From NCBI GenBank assembly GCA_031413715.1, contig JANOFO010000003.1:11047-75046 (forward strand): DNA of 64,000 bases, in the 5' to 3' direction. The translations under genes and the position numbers were made by a program. The notes below the pieces were generated by a model. The model was not told the origin of the DNA. It worked only from the letters and a program-made list of their open reading frames with translations, and searched no databases. The DNA is from Minisyncoccota bacterium (GTDB lineage: Bacteria > Patescibacteriota > Minisyncoccia > Phycocordibacterales > UBA9973). Below, piece after piece: positions 1-9,618 of this stretch (position 1 is its first letter; every line of letters starts with the position of its first letter).

Positions 1-538
1 CATTACTTGCAAGTGGTGCATAATATTTGATATATATATTGCCTGAGAAATAAGGCGCTTTATCAAAGATATAACCATCATCATTTATAAAATAACAATT
101 CTCCCCGATATCTGTGCTGAGCTCAGGCACATCTTTCCCGCAATAAAGATACGAGCCTGCTCGCTCTTCTATATTGATATGTATCGTATGTAAACCATCA
201 CGAGAAAGCGAAAGCTTCTCTATGCGAGGAAATTTGGAAAGAAGGTTGTTGTATATTGTATCCTTAGGATATATAAAAGTATTCGCCTTTGTAAAAAGCT
301 TTATATATTTACCTGCAAGTAATTCGCGAACTTTTGATTCAATATCAGATGTATTGATAATGCGAGTACCAGTGACAGTAATGTTGCTGATAAGAAAACG
401 TGCGTTACCAGAAAAATACGAAACTCCACCGATAATAGCTACAATGAGGATAGAGATGAGGATAGAGAAGCGCAAGCGTCGCCTGCGACGCTTGCGCTTC
501 ATGTCTTCCATACGTGGTGACGTAAGAATATCTTTCAT
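1..538 (-). CDS. FtsQ/DivIB-like cell division protein (partial, runs off window start)
   Basis: Manual translation from ATG at 538: MKDILTSPRMEDMKRKRRRRRLRFSILISILIVAIIGGVSYF (basic patch + TM helix), then POTRA-like ISNITVTGTRIINTSDIE...KFPRIEKLSLSRDGLHTIHINIEER...CYFINDDGYIF; open to position 1. Confidence 0.7.
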   Translation of the reverse strand, partial: MKDILTSPRMEDMKRKRRRRRLRFSILISILIVAIIGGVSYFSGNARFLISNITVTGTRIINTSDIESKVRELLAGKYIKLFTKANTFIYPKDTIYNNLLSKFPRIEKLSLSRDGLHTIHINIEERAGSYLYCGKDVPELSTDIGENCYFINDDGYIFDKAPYFSGNIYIKYYAPLASN

Positions 539-541
539 ATG

Positions 542-1807
542 CTATTTTGTGATAGTATCTTTGCCTATATATTTTTGCAAAACTTCTGGAATTTTTATAC
601 TGCCATCTGCCTGCTGAAAGTTTTCAACTAGTGAAACAAGAATGCGAGGGGTCGGGATCGCAGTAGCATTAAGAGAGTGAGCGTAATATATCTTGCCATT
701 CGCATCTTTATACCTCGTATTGAAACGGCGAGTTTGAAAATCGTGATAGTACGACGCGCTTGCAATTTCACGGTATTTACCTTCTTTAGGAACCCATAGA
801 TTTGTGTCATAGGATTTAACGTGAGCTCCTTTCATATCACCTCCGCATATTGCTACTTGTTGATATGGTATGCCGAGAGACTCTATGAATTCTTCGGTAT
901 TCCTATTCAATTCCTCATGGAACTTTACCGACTCTTCATGGCTTGCTTCACACAATATAAGCTGTTCAAGTTTATAAAACTCGTGAACCCGAATGAGGCC
1001 TTTGACATCTTTACTATGGCTTCCTGCTTCTCTTCTGTAGCATGGAGAAAAGGCCAAGTACCTTTTTGGCAGTTCAGTGTATGGAATTATTTCATCTGCG
1101 TGGTAAGCCATCATCGGCACCTCGGAAGTTCCTGCAAGATACTGGTCATCCTGGGTCTGAAAAATATCTTCTGCATCGCCAGGTAAATGCCCAGTACCGT
1201 AGAAATATTCCTTATTCACTATTGCAGGTGCTATAAAAGGATTAAACTTTTTCTTTAAGAAAAACTCCATCGCATAATTCCAGATTGCCCATGAAAGCAA
1301 AGCTCCATCATTTTTAAGAAAATATCCTCGGAATCCATGAACTTTTGTTCCTCGTTCAAAGTCAACCATATCAAGCGCCGTCATAAGTTCAATATGATCT
1401 TTTGGTTCGAATGAAAAGACAGGCTTTTCTCCCCAGACCTTTAGCTCCTTATTGTCATCTTCGTCATTACCTTCTGGCACAGACATGTCAGGGATATTGG
1501 GAACTCTAAACATAAGCTCCTTCCATTCTTTCATAATCTCTCGAAGCGCTTCTTCTTTCTCTTTTAGTTCATCTTTGACTATGCGCATCTCTTCTATCAT
1601 CTGCGTACGCACAGCATGCTCTACATTGCCACCCATAGCAAGGCTCGCTTTATTCTGCTCAGCGCGCAAGGCTTCAACACGAGATAGTAACTCTAGCCGC
1701 TTATCATCAAGCACAATAAGCACATCAATATCCACTTCTATATGCTTTTTCTCGGCACCTGCTTTTACTATATCTTTATTCTCTCTAATAAATTTGATGT
1801 CTAACAT
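542..1807 (-). CDS. serS: Serine--tRNA ligase
   Basis: MLDIKFIREN start, coiled-coil arm, LAGTSEVP, YRREAGS, GLIRVHEFYKLEQ, YAHSLNAT motifs. Confidence 0.98.
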   Translation of the reverse strand: MLDIKFIRENKDIVKAGAEKKHIEVDIDVLIVLDDKRLELLSRVEALRAEQNKASLAMGGNVEHAVRTQMIEEMRIVKDELKEKEEALREIMKEWKELMFRVPNIPDMSVPEGNDEDDNKELKVWGEKPVFSFEPKDHIELMTALDMVDFERGTKVHGFRGYFLKNDGALLSWAIWNYAMEFFLKKKFNPFIAPAIVNKEYFYGTGHLPGDAEDIFQTQDDQYLAGTSEVPMMAYHADEIIPYTELPKRYLAFSPCYRREAGSHSKDVKGLIRVHEFYKLEQLILCEASHEESVKFHEELNRNTEEFIESLGIPYQQVAICGGDMKGAHVKSYDTNLWVPKEGKYREIASASYYHDFQTRRFNTRYKDANGKIYYAHSLNATAIPTPRILVSLVENFQQADGSIKIPEVLQKYIGKDTITK

Positions 1808-1897
1808 ATTTGTCCAGTATATAATGAGACACCGTTACAAGCAAATGGCGATTTGAGTTTAAAAAAAGATTAACACTGTATAGATACACTTACGAAT

Positions 1898-2761
1898 ATG
1901 GAAGAAATACGCGTATTACCGCCAAAAGAAATACCGAGAGCTCTTTTCGAAATCCCCCAGCCTCCGAAAAAACTTTACATCCGCGGGAATATGCCTCCAG
2001 ATGATTACATCTATCTCGCCGTTGTAGGATCACGCAAACACACTTCATACGGGAGAGATGTTTGCGAAAAATTAATCAAAGGACTCGCTGGCTATCCTAT
2101 TGTCATTGTATCCGGACTGGCGCTTGGTATGGATTCTATCGCACATCGCGCGGCATTATCTGCCGGACTCACAACGCTCGGGATGCCCGGATCCGGAATA
2201 GACAACAAGGCCTTGTATCCACGAAGCAATGCAGACCTCGCAGACGATATCGTAAGAAACGGAGGCTGTCTCATTTCTGAATATCCTCCAACAATGAAAG
2301 CTGAACTTTATACCTTCCCACAAAGAAACAGGCTGATGGCAGGAATATCAAAAGCGACTCTTGTCATAGAAGCGGCAGAAAAATCAGGTACGCTCATCAC
2401 CGCTCGAATGGCGCTCGACTACAATAGGGATGTGCTTGTCGTACCCGGATCAGTATTTTCAAATACATCGACAGGGACAAACAGATTAATCAGGCAAGGT
2501 GCAACACCCATAACAACAAGCGAAGAACTCTTGGAAGCTCTTGGATTCGAAATCGAGAAGCCCGAGAAAAGTGATGAAGAAAAGTATGGAGACTGTACAA
2601 AAGAAGAGAGAAAAATCATCGAGCTCCTCTCTGAACCGATAGAGCGCGACGAGCTCATACGCGAGTCAGGAATGGATACAGCAAGCGCCAACGCACTCCT
2701 TTCAATAATGGAAATAAAAGAACTGATTAAGGAAGAATTAGGGGAAATACGGAGAACATAA
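1898..2761 (+). CDS. dprA: DNA-processing protein DprA
   Basis: AVVGSRKHTSYG, IVSGLALGMDSIAHRAAL, FPQRNRLMAG, EAAEKSGTLITA motifs. Confidence 0.97.
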   Translation: MEEIRVLPPKEIPRALFEIPQPPKKLYIRGNMPPDDYIYLAVVGSRKHTSYGRDVCEKLIKGLAGYPIVIVSGLALGMDSIAHRAALSAGLTTLGMPGSGIDNKALYPRSNADLADDIVRNGGCLISEYPPTMKAELYTFPQRNRLMAGISKATLVIEAAEKSGTLITARMALDYNRDVLVVPGSVFSNTSTGTNRLIRQGATPITTSEELLEALGFEIEKPEKSDEEKYGDCTKEERKIIELLSEPIERDELIRESGMDTASANALLSIMEIKELIKEELGEIRRT

Positions 2762-2825
2762 GCACAAGATCTAGAGTATCACTTTCTGGCATATGCTGAA
2801 ATTTGATACTGTTTAATATTTACTA

Positions 2826-3470
2826 CTATCTATATAGCTCTGAAAACAAAGCGACTGTTTTTGCAAAATCTTTTTCAGCAACTATAAAAATTAGCTCTGT
2901 AGGTGTAGATACAAGTTCTTCTATGTTTATGCGAGCGCGGGCGGTTACCGCAAGGAGCGAAAAGAAAACATTTGGCATACCAAAAACTTCTGGACTGAAA
3001 GAAACTCCAATTGCTGCGAACCCGTGATTAATATATTTTGGTTTTATTTTAAAGTGTTTTAAAACCTTTCTTGCCATGTTAGATGAACAGATAACATCAA
3101 TCTCAGTTGTGCCTATAGTTATAGTAAAAAAATCTTCTTTGGACACAGATATGTTTTTATGAAGGGAGTCGAGTTCATGAATAAATTTATCGGTATTTTC
3201 GTACGTTATTTCTGAAAGAGGAAGTTTGGTTGTAATATTTTTTATAGCAACATCTTGTATGAGGGGTTTCTGCTTCTTGAATTCTTTCTTTAGGCGTGAC
3301 AGAGAGACTACGAGGCTAGTTATGGTTACTTCCTTCTTTGTCTCCATCTCTACAACCGGTCTTATTTTATGTGCATAACTGGACATATTCATATAGCCTT
3401 CAGTAAGTGCACTGTAGGCCTCCAGCTCTTTTAGCACCACCTCTCGGACAATTGACTGAATTTTGATCAT
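2826..3470 (-). CDS. ACT-domain-containing protein (aspartokinase-regulatory-like)
   Basis: N-terminal helical region plus C-terminal ACT-like GMPNVFFSLLAVTARARINIEELVSTPTELIFIV. Confidence 0.65.
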   Translation of the reverse strand: MIKIQSIVREVVLKELEAYSALTEGYMNMSSYAHKIRPVVEMETKKEVTITSLVVSLSRLKKEFKKQKPLIQDVAIKNITTKLPLSEITYENTDKFIHELDSLHKNISVSKEDFFTITIGTTEIDVICSSNMARKVLKHFKIKPKYINHGFAAIGVSFSPEVFGMPNVFFSLLAVTARARINIEELVSTPTELIFIVAEKDFAKTVALFSELYR

Positions 3471-3603
3471 ATTTTGGTATTTTAACAGATTTTACAAATA
3501 GTCCAAAATGACAGATCAATGTTAAAAAACTTAACTAATATATCGTAAAGACTTATCCTTAAGAAAAGAATCAAAATTATTTAACATTAAAAAGGAGGTC
3601 AAA

Positions 3604-3900
3604 ATGTGTAGTGCAAATACTGGCGAAAGAAAAAATGGAGAACGTCGTGATGACGAAGCAGATCAAAGAAGATTGAGGAAAGGTAAGGGGGCATTGAAAA
3701 TAATAACCATAAAGAGTTTCTGTCCTCATTGCAACAAAATGACAGAAACAATCAGAGTGGAATCCCCGAAGTGTGCAACTTATCTCTGTGTAGAATGTTG
3801 GCATGAACCTACAGTAAATACGAAATCAACTATATCTAAAAATGTGGTTGTTGGAGAATTAAGAAAATTGATTTCAGCTATAGAACAAAACACTTCTTAG
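3604..3900 (+). CDS. Small hypothetical zinc-ribbon protein
   Basis: CPHC and CVEC pairs; strong AAGGAGG Shine-Dalgarno upstream; own terminator downstream. Confidence 0.6.
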   Translation: MCSANTGERKNGERRDDEADQRRLRKGKGALKIITIKSFCPHCNKMTETIRVESPKCATYLCVECWHEPTVNTKSTISKNVVVGELRKLISAIEQNTS

Positions 3901-3932
3901 GCTAGCAAAAATTCATTATTGCTAGCCTTTTT
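3899..3932 (+). terminator. Intrinsic terminator
   Basis: AGGCTAGCAA-loop-TTGCTAGCCT followed by T run. Confidence 0.75.
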
Positions 3933-3997
3933 CATATATAATTGTAGCTATAATTTGCAAAAAAATTGAGGAGGTGTTACTAATAGAGGAAGTTATG

Positions 3998-4120
3998 ATC
4001 CCGTTAGAAGTCATATATGTTATCTGAGGAAACGGGGTTATGAAAAGTTGTGAATTATTTTTTGATTTTATTATTTAATTTATGTACGGGAATCTAAAGG
4101 TTCCCTACTTCTAACGGGAT
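3998..4120. mobile_element. MITE-like element with 14-bp terminal inverted repeats overlapping the topA start codon
   Basis: ATCCCGTTAGAAGT (3998-4011) and ACTTCTAACGGGAT (4107-4120) are perfect inverted repeats; ATGA occurs at 3995-3998 and 4119-4122; AT-rich non-coding interior. Confidence 0.7.
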
Positions 4121-6389
4121 GAAGTTACTGATTGTCGAATCGCCATCAAAAGCAAAGACTATCGAGAAATATCTTGATGGGGCTTTCACTGTCCGTGCAT
4201 CTGTCGGACATATTCGTGACTTACCAAAATCAAATAAAGCGGCTATTGACATCCCTGCGGGATTTGTCCCCCATTACGAGATATCAAAAGGTAAAGAAAA
4301 AGTAGTTCACGAACTTACAACACTTGCAACGAGAGCAACTGAGATAATGCTCGCTACTGACCCTGATCGCGAAGGTGAGGCTATTGCTTGGCATATAGAA
4401 GAACTTTTAAACGCTGATAAGAAAGTCAAGGCTCCTATTAAAAGAGTTACATTCCATGAAATTACAAAAGAAGCTGTTGAAGAAGCATTGAAGTCTCCAC
4501 GAGACATTGATACCAATCTACGCAAAGCTCAAGAAGCACGCCGTGTGCTCGATCGGCTTGTTGGATATGACCTCTCGGGTATCATCTGGAAGAAAGTCCG
4601 CTACGGCTTGTCTGCTGGGCGAGTTCAATCCCCTGCTCTTCGGATCATTATGGAGCGTGAGCGTGAAATCCGTGCATTTATACCAGAGCAATACTGGATT
4701 CTTGAGGGGCTTTTCGAAACGCATAAGAAAGATAAACTGACACTATCATGCGTCGATGAACCTCGCGATAGAAAATTAGTAGAGAAAATATTAGAACAAG
4801 GTCAGAAAGAAAAATGGTATGTCAAAGATTTGAAAGCTTCTGAGCAGAAGCGTAGTCCTCGCGCTCCATTTACAACTTCAACTCTTCAACAGACTGCAAG
4901 CACGAGACTTGGATTTTCCCCTTCACGTACAATGCAAGTCGCCCAGAAACTTTATGAACAAGGATTTATCACATATATGCGTACTGATAGTACAAACCTT
5001 TCTGTTGTCGCATCTGGCCAAATACAAAAAGTAATAGAGAAAAAATATGGTAAAGATCAAGCCGAACCTCGAGTCTACAAAACAAAATCCAAGAATGCTC
5101 AAGAAGCCCACGAAGCTATTCGTCCGACTCATGTCGACTCTATGAATGAAGGTTCCAACGACGAGCAGAAAAGACTATATCGCCTCATTTGGGAGCGTAC
5201 AGTTTCTTCTCAGATGGTAGATGCAAAACTTATGAAAACAAAGATTGTGGCAAACATCTCCCACCCCCTCGCCCTATCGGGCACTCCCCCTCAGGCAGGG
5301 GGAGAAAAATTCCAGTTCCCAGACTTCACTGCCAACGGTTCGCGGGTACTCTCGCCCGGCTGGCTTGCATGTGAGACAGAAGCTCGTGGTGAAGATGTAG
5401 AGCTTCCTTTGGTTGAAATAGGTGAAGAGCTAAAACTTCTTGAATTAAAAGATACTGAGAAGGCAACAGAACCCCCGAACAGATACACCGAAGCAGGCCT
5501 TGTGAAAGAACTTGAAGCTCGTGGTATCGGACGTCCGAGTACTTATGCCTCTATTATGCGCACTATAGAAGAGCGTGGCTATGTAGAAAAAATTGGCAAG
5601 ACACTTCACCCAACTGATACCGGAGATGTGGTTTCAAGCTTTCTTGAAGCCAACTTTGCTGAATACATAAGTGATACATTTACAGCCGAGATGGAAGACG
5701 AACTTGATGATATTTCAAATGGAAAACGCGAATATGAAAAAACATTGAAAGACTTTTATATTCCATTCCAAAAAGATATTAAAGAGAAAGACAAACTAGC
5801 AAAAGCTACAAATATGGGTGAGGCACCAGAAGACATGAAATGTCCAAAATGTGGCGGTGATATGATCATCAAACTCGCACGTAATGGCAAGTTTTATTCC
5901 TGCGCTCGCTATCCAGATTGTGCCGGCGCGCGAACAATGGAAGGCAATGAACTTGAAGGACCAAAAGAGACTGGCGAAATGTGCCCGCTCTGCGGTGATA
6001 AAAAAGGTAAATCGGGTGGTGGAAAACTTGTAGTGCGCCAAGGTAAATTTGGTGCATTCGTTTCTTGTTCACGATATCCGAAATGCAAATTCATAAAAGA
6101 GGATGAAGAGGAGAAGAAAAAGAAGATGACTGATGTGACGTGTCCTACATGCAACAAAGGTAAAATGATGGAGCGCCGCGGACGCTTCGGTATATTCTAC
6201 TCATGTTCAAATTATCCTGACTGTAAGAACGCAATCAAAGCCAAACCTACTGGCAATATCTGCCCGTACTGCCAGTCGCTAATGATGGAAGGCACAAAGA
6301 CTATCCCAGAACGGTGCAGTAACAAGATGTGCAAAAATCACAACCCACACAAATTGGGTGATGATATAAAATCTAATAAGAAGAAATAA
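4119..6389 (+). CDS. topA: DNA topoisomerase I
   Basis: LIVESPSKAKTI, ATDPDREGEAIAWH, SAGRVQS, ITYMRTDS, GIGRPSTYA; C-terminal C4 zinc ribbons. Confidence 0.99.
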   Translation: MKLLIVESPSKAKTIEKYLDGAFTVRASVGHIRDLPKSNKAAIDIPAGFVPHYEISKGKEKVVHELTTLATRATEIMLATDPDREGEAIAWHIEELLNADKKVKAPIKRVTFHEITKEAVEEALKSPRDIDTNLRKAQEARRVLDRLVGYDLSGIIWKKVRYGLSAGRVQSPALRIIMEREREIRAFIPEQYWILEGLFETHKKDKLTLSCVDEPRDRKLVEKILEQGQKEKWYVKDLKASEQKRSPRAPFTTSTLQQTASTRLGFSPSRTMQVAQKLYEQGFITYMRTDSTNLSVVASGQIQKVIEKKYGKDQAEPRVYKTKSKNAQEAHEAIRPTHVDSMNEGSNDEQKRLYRLIWERTVSSQMVDAKLMKTKIVANISHPLALSGTPPQAGGEKFQFPDFTANGSRVLSPGWLACETEARGEDVELPLVEIGEELKLLELKDTEKATEPPNRYTEAGLVKELEARGIGRPSTYASIMRTIEERGYVEKIGKTLHPTDTGDVVSSFLEANFAEYISDTFTAEMEDELDDISNGKREYEKTLKDFYIPFQKDIKEKDKLAKATNMGEAPEDMKCPKCGGDMIIKLARNGKFYSCARYPDCAGARTMEGNELEGPKETGEMCPLCGDKKGKSGGGKLVVRQGKFGAFVSCSRYPKCKFIKEDEEEKKKKMTDVTCPTCNKGKMMERRGRFGIFYSCSNYPDCKNAIKAKPTGNICPYCQSLMMEGTKTIPERCSNKMCKNHNPHKLGDDIKSNKKK
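5261..5305. repeat. GC-rich double-hairpin palindromic element inserted in frame in topA
   Basis: GCCC-TATC-GGGC (5271-5282) and CTCCCCCT-CAGGC-AGGGGGAG (5284-5304); encodes HPLALSGTPPQAGGE. Confidence 0.65.
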
Positions 6390-6416
6390 AAAAGGAACCT
6401 TTTTGAGGTCCCTTTT
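6389..6416. terminator. Bidirectional terminator between convergent genes
   Basis: AAAAGGAACCT...AGGTCCCTTTT imperfect stem with A/T tails. Confidence 0.6.
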
Positions 6417-6428
6417 AAAAAATGATTA

Positions 6429-6890
6429 CTATCCAAGCAGCTCTTTAACAAGGCTAAGAGAATACCTGATCCCATACTCACCAGTACCAAAATCTCCTGA
6501 TGTACCATTACATTGATTATGACTCATATAAATCCAAAGTTTATTTACTATCTCACTAGTTAGATTAACTTTAGACCATCGAAAATTATAAATATGAGGT
6601 GTGCCTCTCAAGCTGCAATTATTTCTGACGATATCAAATTTAATTTCGCCGCTGGCATGTACATAGATAAGTTCAATCCTTTCCTTTTCCATATACTTAA
6701 GCAATTCTAATGGCTGATGGTAAAAACTATCATCATATTCAATGAGATACAGTATGGGCTGTTCTGAATAAGTCTTGCTCAGAACCAAATACTGTAGCTT
6801 GATTGATTCAAGAGGCCGAAAGGAAGTATCAAAATATCTTTTGATTGGGTCAGAAAGTATAACTTCCTTGACTGAAGATTTAATAGTCAT
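6429..6890 (-). CDS. Hypothetical protein
   Basis: 153-aa ORF with its own TTGACA...TGG-TAATAT promoter (6937-6964); no recognisable motif. Confidence 0.6.
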   Translation of the reverse strand: MTIKSSVKEVILSDPIKRYFDTSFRPLESIKLQYLVLSKTYSEQPILYLIEYDDSFYHQPLELLKYMEKERIELIYVHASGEIKFDIVRNNCSLRGTPHIYNFRWSKVNLTSEIVNKLWIYMSHNQCNGTSGDFGTGEYGIRYSLSLVKELLG

Positions 6891-6982
6891 GGTATAGAAG
6901 TTTTAATGTTTTTTAATAACGTTTAAATTCGACTTGATATTACCATTTTACTAAACTATGTCAATCGGCTATACTGAGTCAT

Positions 6983-8446
6983 ATGCCGAACATTGATGAA
7001 ATATTCTCTCTAATTCCCTCTATAGGTGCCAAAGGAAAAGCTATTATAAAAAAGGCGTATGACTTCGCGAACAAGGCTCATCATGGACAGCTCCGCAAGA
7101 GTGGCGAGCCGTACTTCACTCATGTCTTCAAGACTGCCAAGAACTTGGCGGATCTGGGTATGGGTCCGACCGTTATTACAGCTGGATTCTTGCATGATGT
7201 ATTAGAAGACACTAAAACAACAGAGGAAGAATTAACTAGAGAGTTCAATAAAGAAATTGTGTCTTTGGTCCAAGGTGTGACGAAACTTGGAACAGTCCGA
7301 TACAAAGGTATCGAACGCAATGTCGAGAATTTACGTAGATTTTTTGTATCGATGACGGAAGACTTGCGAGTGCTAGTGATAAAGCTCGCTGATCGACTCC
7401 ATAATATAGAAACCCTAGAGCATGTGCGACCTGATAAACAAAAACGCATCGCGCTTGAAACTTTGGAGGTTTATGCTCCTCTTGCCAATCGCCTATCGAT
7501 GGGCCGACTCAAGGGCCGACTGGAAGATGCAGCATTTAAATTTGCATATCCAAAAGAATACGAGCAAGTTCACAAAATGCTTCTTGCGAAAAAGGGAGTG
7601 GAGGAAAAATATTTAATCGAAGTTCGAGACGAGCTAATACAAAAACTAAAGAAAGATAGCATTGAAAATACGCATGTAGACTACCGACAGAAACATCTCT
7701 ACTCACTATGGAAGAAGCTAAAAAAGTATGACATGGACATCGGCAAGATATATGACATCTTGGCTTTGCGTGTAAAAGTAAACACAGTGGCAGATTGTTA
7801 CCATGTACTCGGGCTTATTCATGGAACATGGACACCACTGCCGAATCGCTTTAAAGATTATATTGCTACACCAAAATTAAACGGCTATCGTAGCCTGCAT
7901 ACGACGATATTCACTGGTACCGGAGGCATTGTGGAGATACAGATTCGCACTTACGAAATGCATAATGAAGCCGAGAATGGTATCGCGGCGCACTTTGCAT
8001 ACAAAGAAGGTAAAAATATAGATCTCGAACAATTTGAATGGGTACGGGAACTTCGTGACCTAAATGATATTAATGGAGACAAAAATAATCCTGAGAAATT
8101 TCTCAAGGACATCAAGATGGATTTCTTCAAGGATCGTGTATTCGTCTTTACTCCGAAGGGTGACATTATCGATTTGCCTGAAGATTCGAGCGTTATAGAT
8201 TTTGCTTATGCCATACATACAGATATAGGGAATCATGCCCAGGGTGCAAAGATTAATGGCAAGAATGTAGCTCTCCACACCAAGCTTCATACCAATGACA
8301 TTATCGAAGTCCAAGTAAATAAGAACGCAAATCCATCATCCAAGTGGCTTGATCATACAAAGACAGGACTTGCTAAAAAGCATATTAATGCGCACTTGAA
8401 ATCGCATAGTCTGCTTTCTAAATTCCTATCGTTTGGAAAGAGTTAA
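6983..8446 (+). CDS. rel: RelA/SpoT (p)ppGpp hydrolase/synthetase with TGS domain, lacking the C-terminal ACT/ZFD region
   Basis: RKSGEPYFTH, LHDVLED, KLADRLHN, DYIATPKLNGYRSLHT, EIQIRT, VFVFTPKG...DFAYAIHT. Confidence 0.95.
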   Translation: MPNIDEIFSLIPSIGAKGKAIIKKAYDFANKAHHGQLRKSGEPYFTHVFKTAKNLADLGMGPTVITAGFLHDVLEDTKTTEEELTREFNKEIVSLVQGVTKLGTVRYKGIERNVENLRRFFVSMTEDLRVLVIKLADRLHNIETLEHVRPDKQKRIALETLEVYAPLANRLSMGRLKGRLEDAAFKFAYPKEYEQVHKMLLAKKGVEEKYLIEVRDELIQKLKKDSIENTHVDYRQKHLYSLWKKLKKYDMDIGKIYDILALRVKVNTVADCYHVLGLIHGTWTPLPNRFKDYIATPKLNGYRSLHTTIFTGTGGIVEIQIRTYEMHNEAENGIAAHFAYKEGKNIDLEQFEWVRELRDLNDINGDKNNPEKFLKDIKMDFFKDRVFVFTPKGDIIDLPEDSSVIDFAYAIHTDIGNHAQGAKINGKNVALHTKLHTNDIIEVQVNKNANPSSKWLDHTKTGLAKKHINAHLKSHSLLSKFLSFGKS

Positions 8447-9465
8447 ATTGAGAAATTTTTGATGCTATAGAGATCCGCATCTTCGTCTGCTTGTTTGATC
8501 TCTTCTTTACTCCTATCATCCATAAGCTTTATATCATCCTCTATCGTAGAGACTACGAGTTCAGAGCTATTGTTATCGATTGGTGCTTCCTGTTCTTGTT
8601 TAGCGATAAAATTCTCTAGCATCTCGTTTGGATCTCGTTCTTTATTTGATTTAAGCAGATCAAGAATCATGCGAAGATCATCATTGGAAAAGAAATCGAT
8701 CATAATCTGCCCGCCGTTTTCTTTGCGGTCGATATGGACACGAGTACCCAAATGCTCTTGGAGTTTGTCTTCAAGGTCAGCAAGCTCTGGATCAGGCATA
8801 TATTCTTTCTTGCGAATACGATCGACAGCAATCTTGCGAGCGATCTTCTCAGCATCGCGGACTGTCATTTTTTTGAGCATGATTTCCTTAAAAAGCACCA
8901 TCTGCTCTTCGGGTCTATCCGCAAGCATGAGAATCGGTCTTGTGTGACCCTCGGTAATTTTACCGCCAGAGAGACCATCGAGAATCTCCTGCGGGAGTGA
9001 AAGCAAGCGTAATGTATTGGAAACATGCTCGCGACTTTTGCCGACCTTAGTGCCGATCTGCCCATGAGTAAATTTAAATTCTTCGTTAAGTCGGAAAAAA
9101 GCACGAGCACGTTCGACAGAATTGAGGTCTTCACGTTGCAGGTTTTCTATAATTGCAAGCTCGAGCTTGGCCATATTGTCATCGCCAACGCGAATAATGA
9201 CCGGTACTTGATCAAGCCCTGCCAGACGAGAAGCGCGCAAGCGACGCTCTCCGGCGATGAGTTCATATTCTACCGCAATGCCTCCATCTTCTTTCAAAAC
9301 TTCCATGCGTGATACGGTCAGAGGCTGAAGGACACCGTACTGGCGAATAGAGTCAGCGAGCTCGCTTAAGCGGCCTTCGTCGAACTCGCGACGTGGCTGA
9401 AAAGGATTGGGTTTGATCTTATCGACATCTATCCAAAAGATTGAATTACTATAAAGCTGTGACAT
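8443..9465 (-). CDS. parB: ParB/Spo0J partition protein
   Basis: PNPFQPRREF, LIAGERRLRAS, IIENLQREDLN, HTH region. Confidence 0.96.
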   Translation of the reverse strand: MSQLYSNSIFWIDVDKIKPNPFQPRREFDEGRLSELADSIRQYGVLQPLTVSRMEVLKEDGGIAVEYELIAGERRLRASRLAGLDQVPVIIRVGDDNMAKLELAIIENLQREDLNSVERARAFFRLNEEFKFTHGQIGTKVGKSREHVSNTLRLLSLPQEILDGLSGGKITEGHTRPILMLADRPEEQMVLFKEIMLKKMTVRDAEKIARKIAVDRIRKKEYMPDPELADLEDKLQEHLGTRVHIDRKENGGQIMIDFFSNDDLRMILDLLKSNKERDPNEMLENFIAKQEQEAPIDNNSSELVVSTIEDDIKLMDDRSKEEIKQADEDADLYSIKNFSI

Positions 9466-9494
9466 AGGGCATATTTTATCATATTTTTATTGCA

Positions 9495-9523
9495 TTGAAA
9501 AATTGACTAAAACCATGTATACT
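9495..9523 (+). promoter_or_regulatory. Sigma70-type promoter of tRNA-Tyr
   Basis: TTGAAA-N17-TATACT ending 11 nt before the tRNA. Confidence 0.65.
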
Positions 9524-9534
9524 CCCCTTTGTAT

Positions 9535-9617
9535 GCGTCGGTGGTGGAGTGGTCTAACACATCAGACTGTAAATCTGACGGCCTTGGCCTTCGTTGGTTC
9601 GAATCCAACCCGGCGCA
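9535..9617 (+). tRNA. tRNA-Tyr(GTA), CCA not encoded
   Basis: Acceptor GCGTCGG/CCGGCGC, anticodon arm TCAGA-CTGTAAA-TCTGA, variable arm, T arm GTTGG-TTCGAAT-CCAAC. Confidence 0.97.
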
Positions 9618-9618
9618 C

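Noticed and set aside
8443-9465. parS site near parB
   Set aside because: No match to TGTTTCACGTGAAACA was seen by eye in or near the gene
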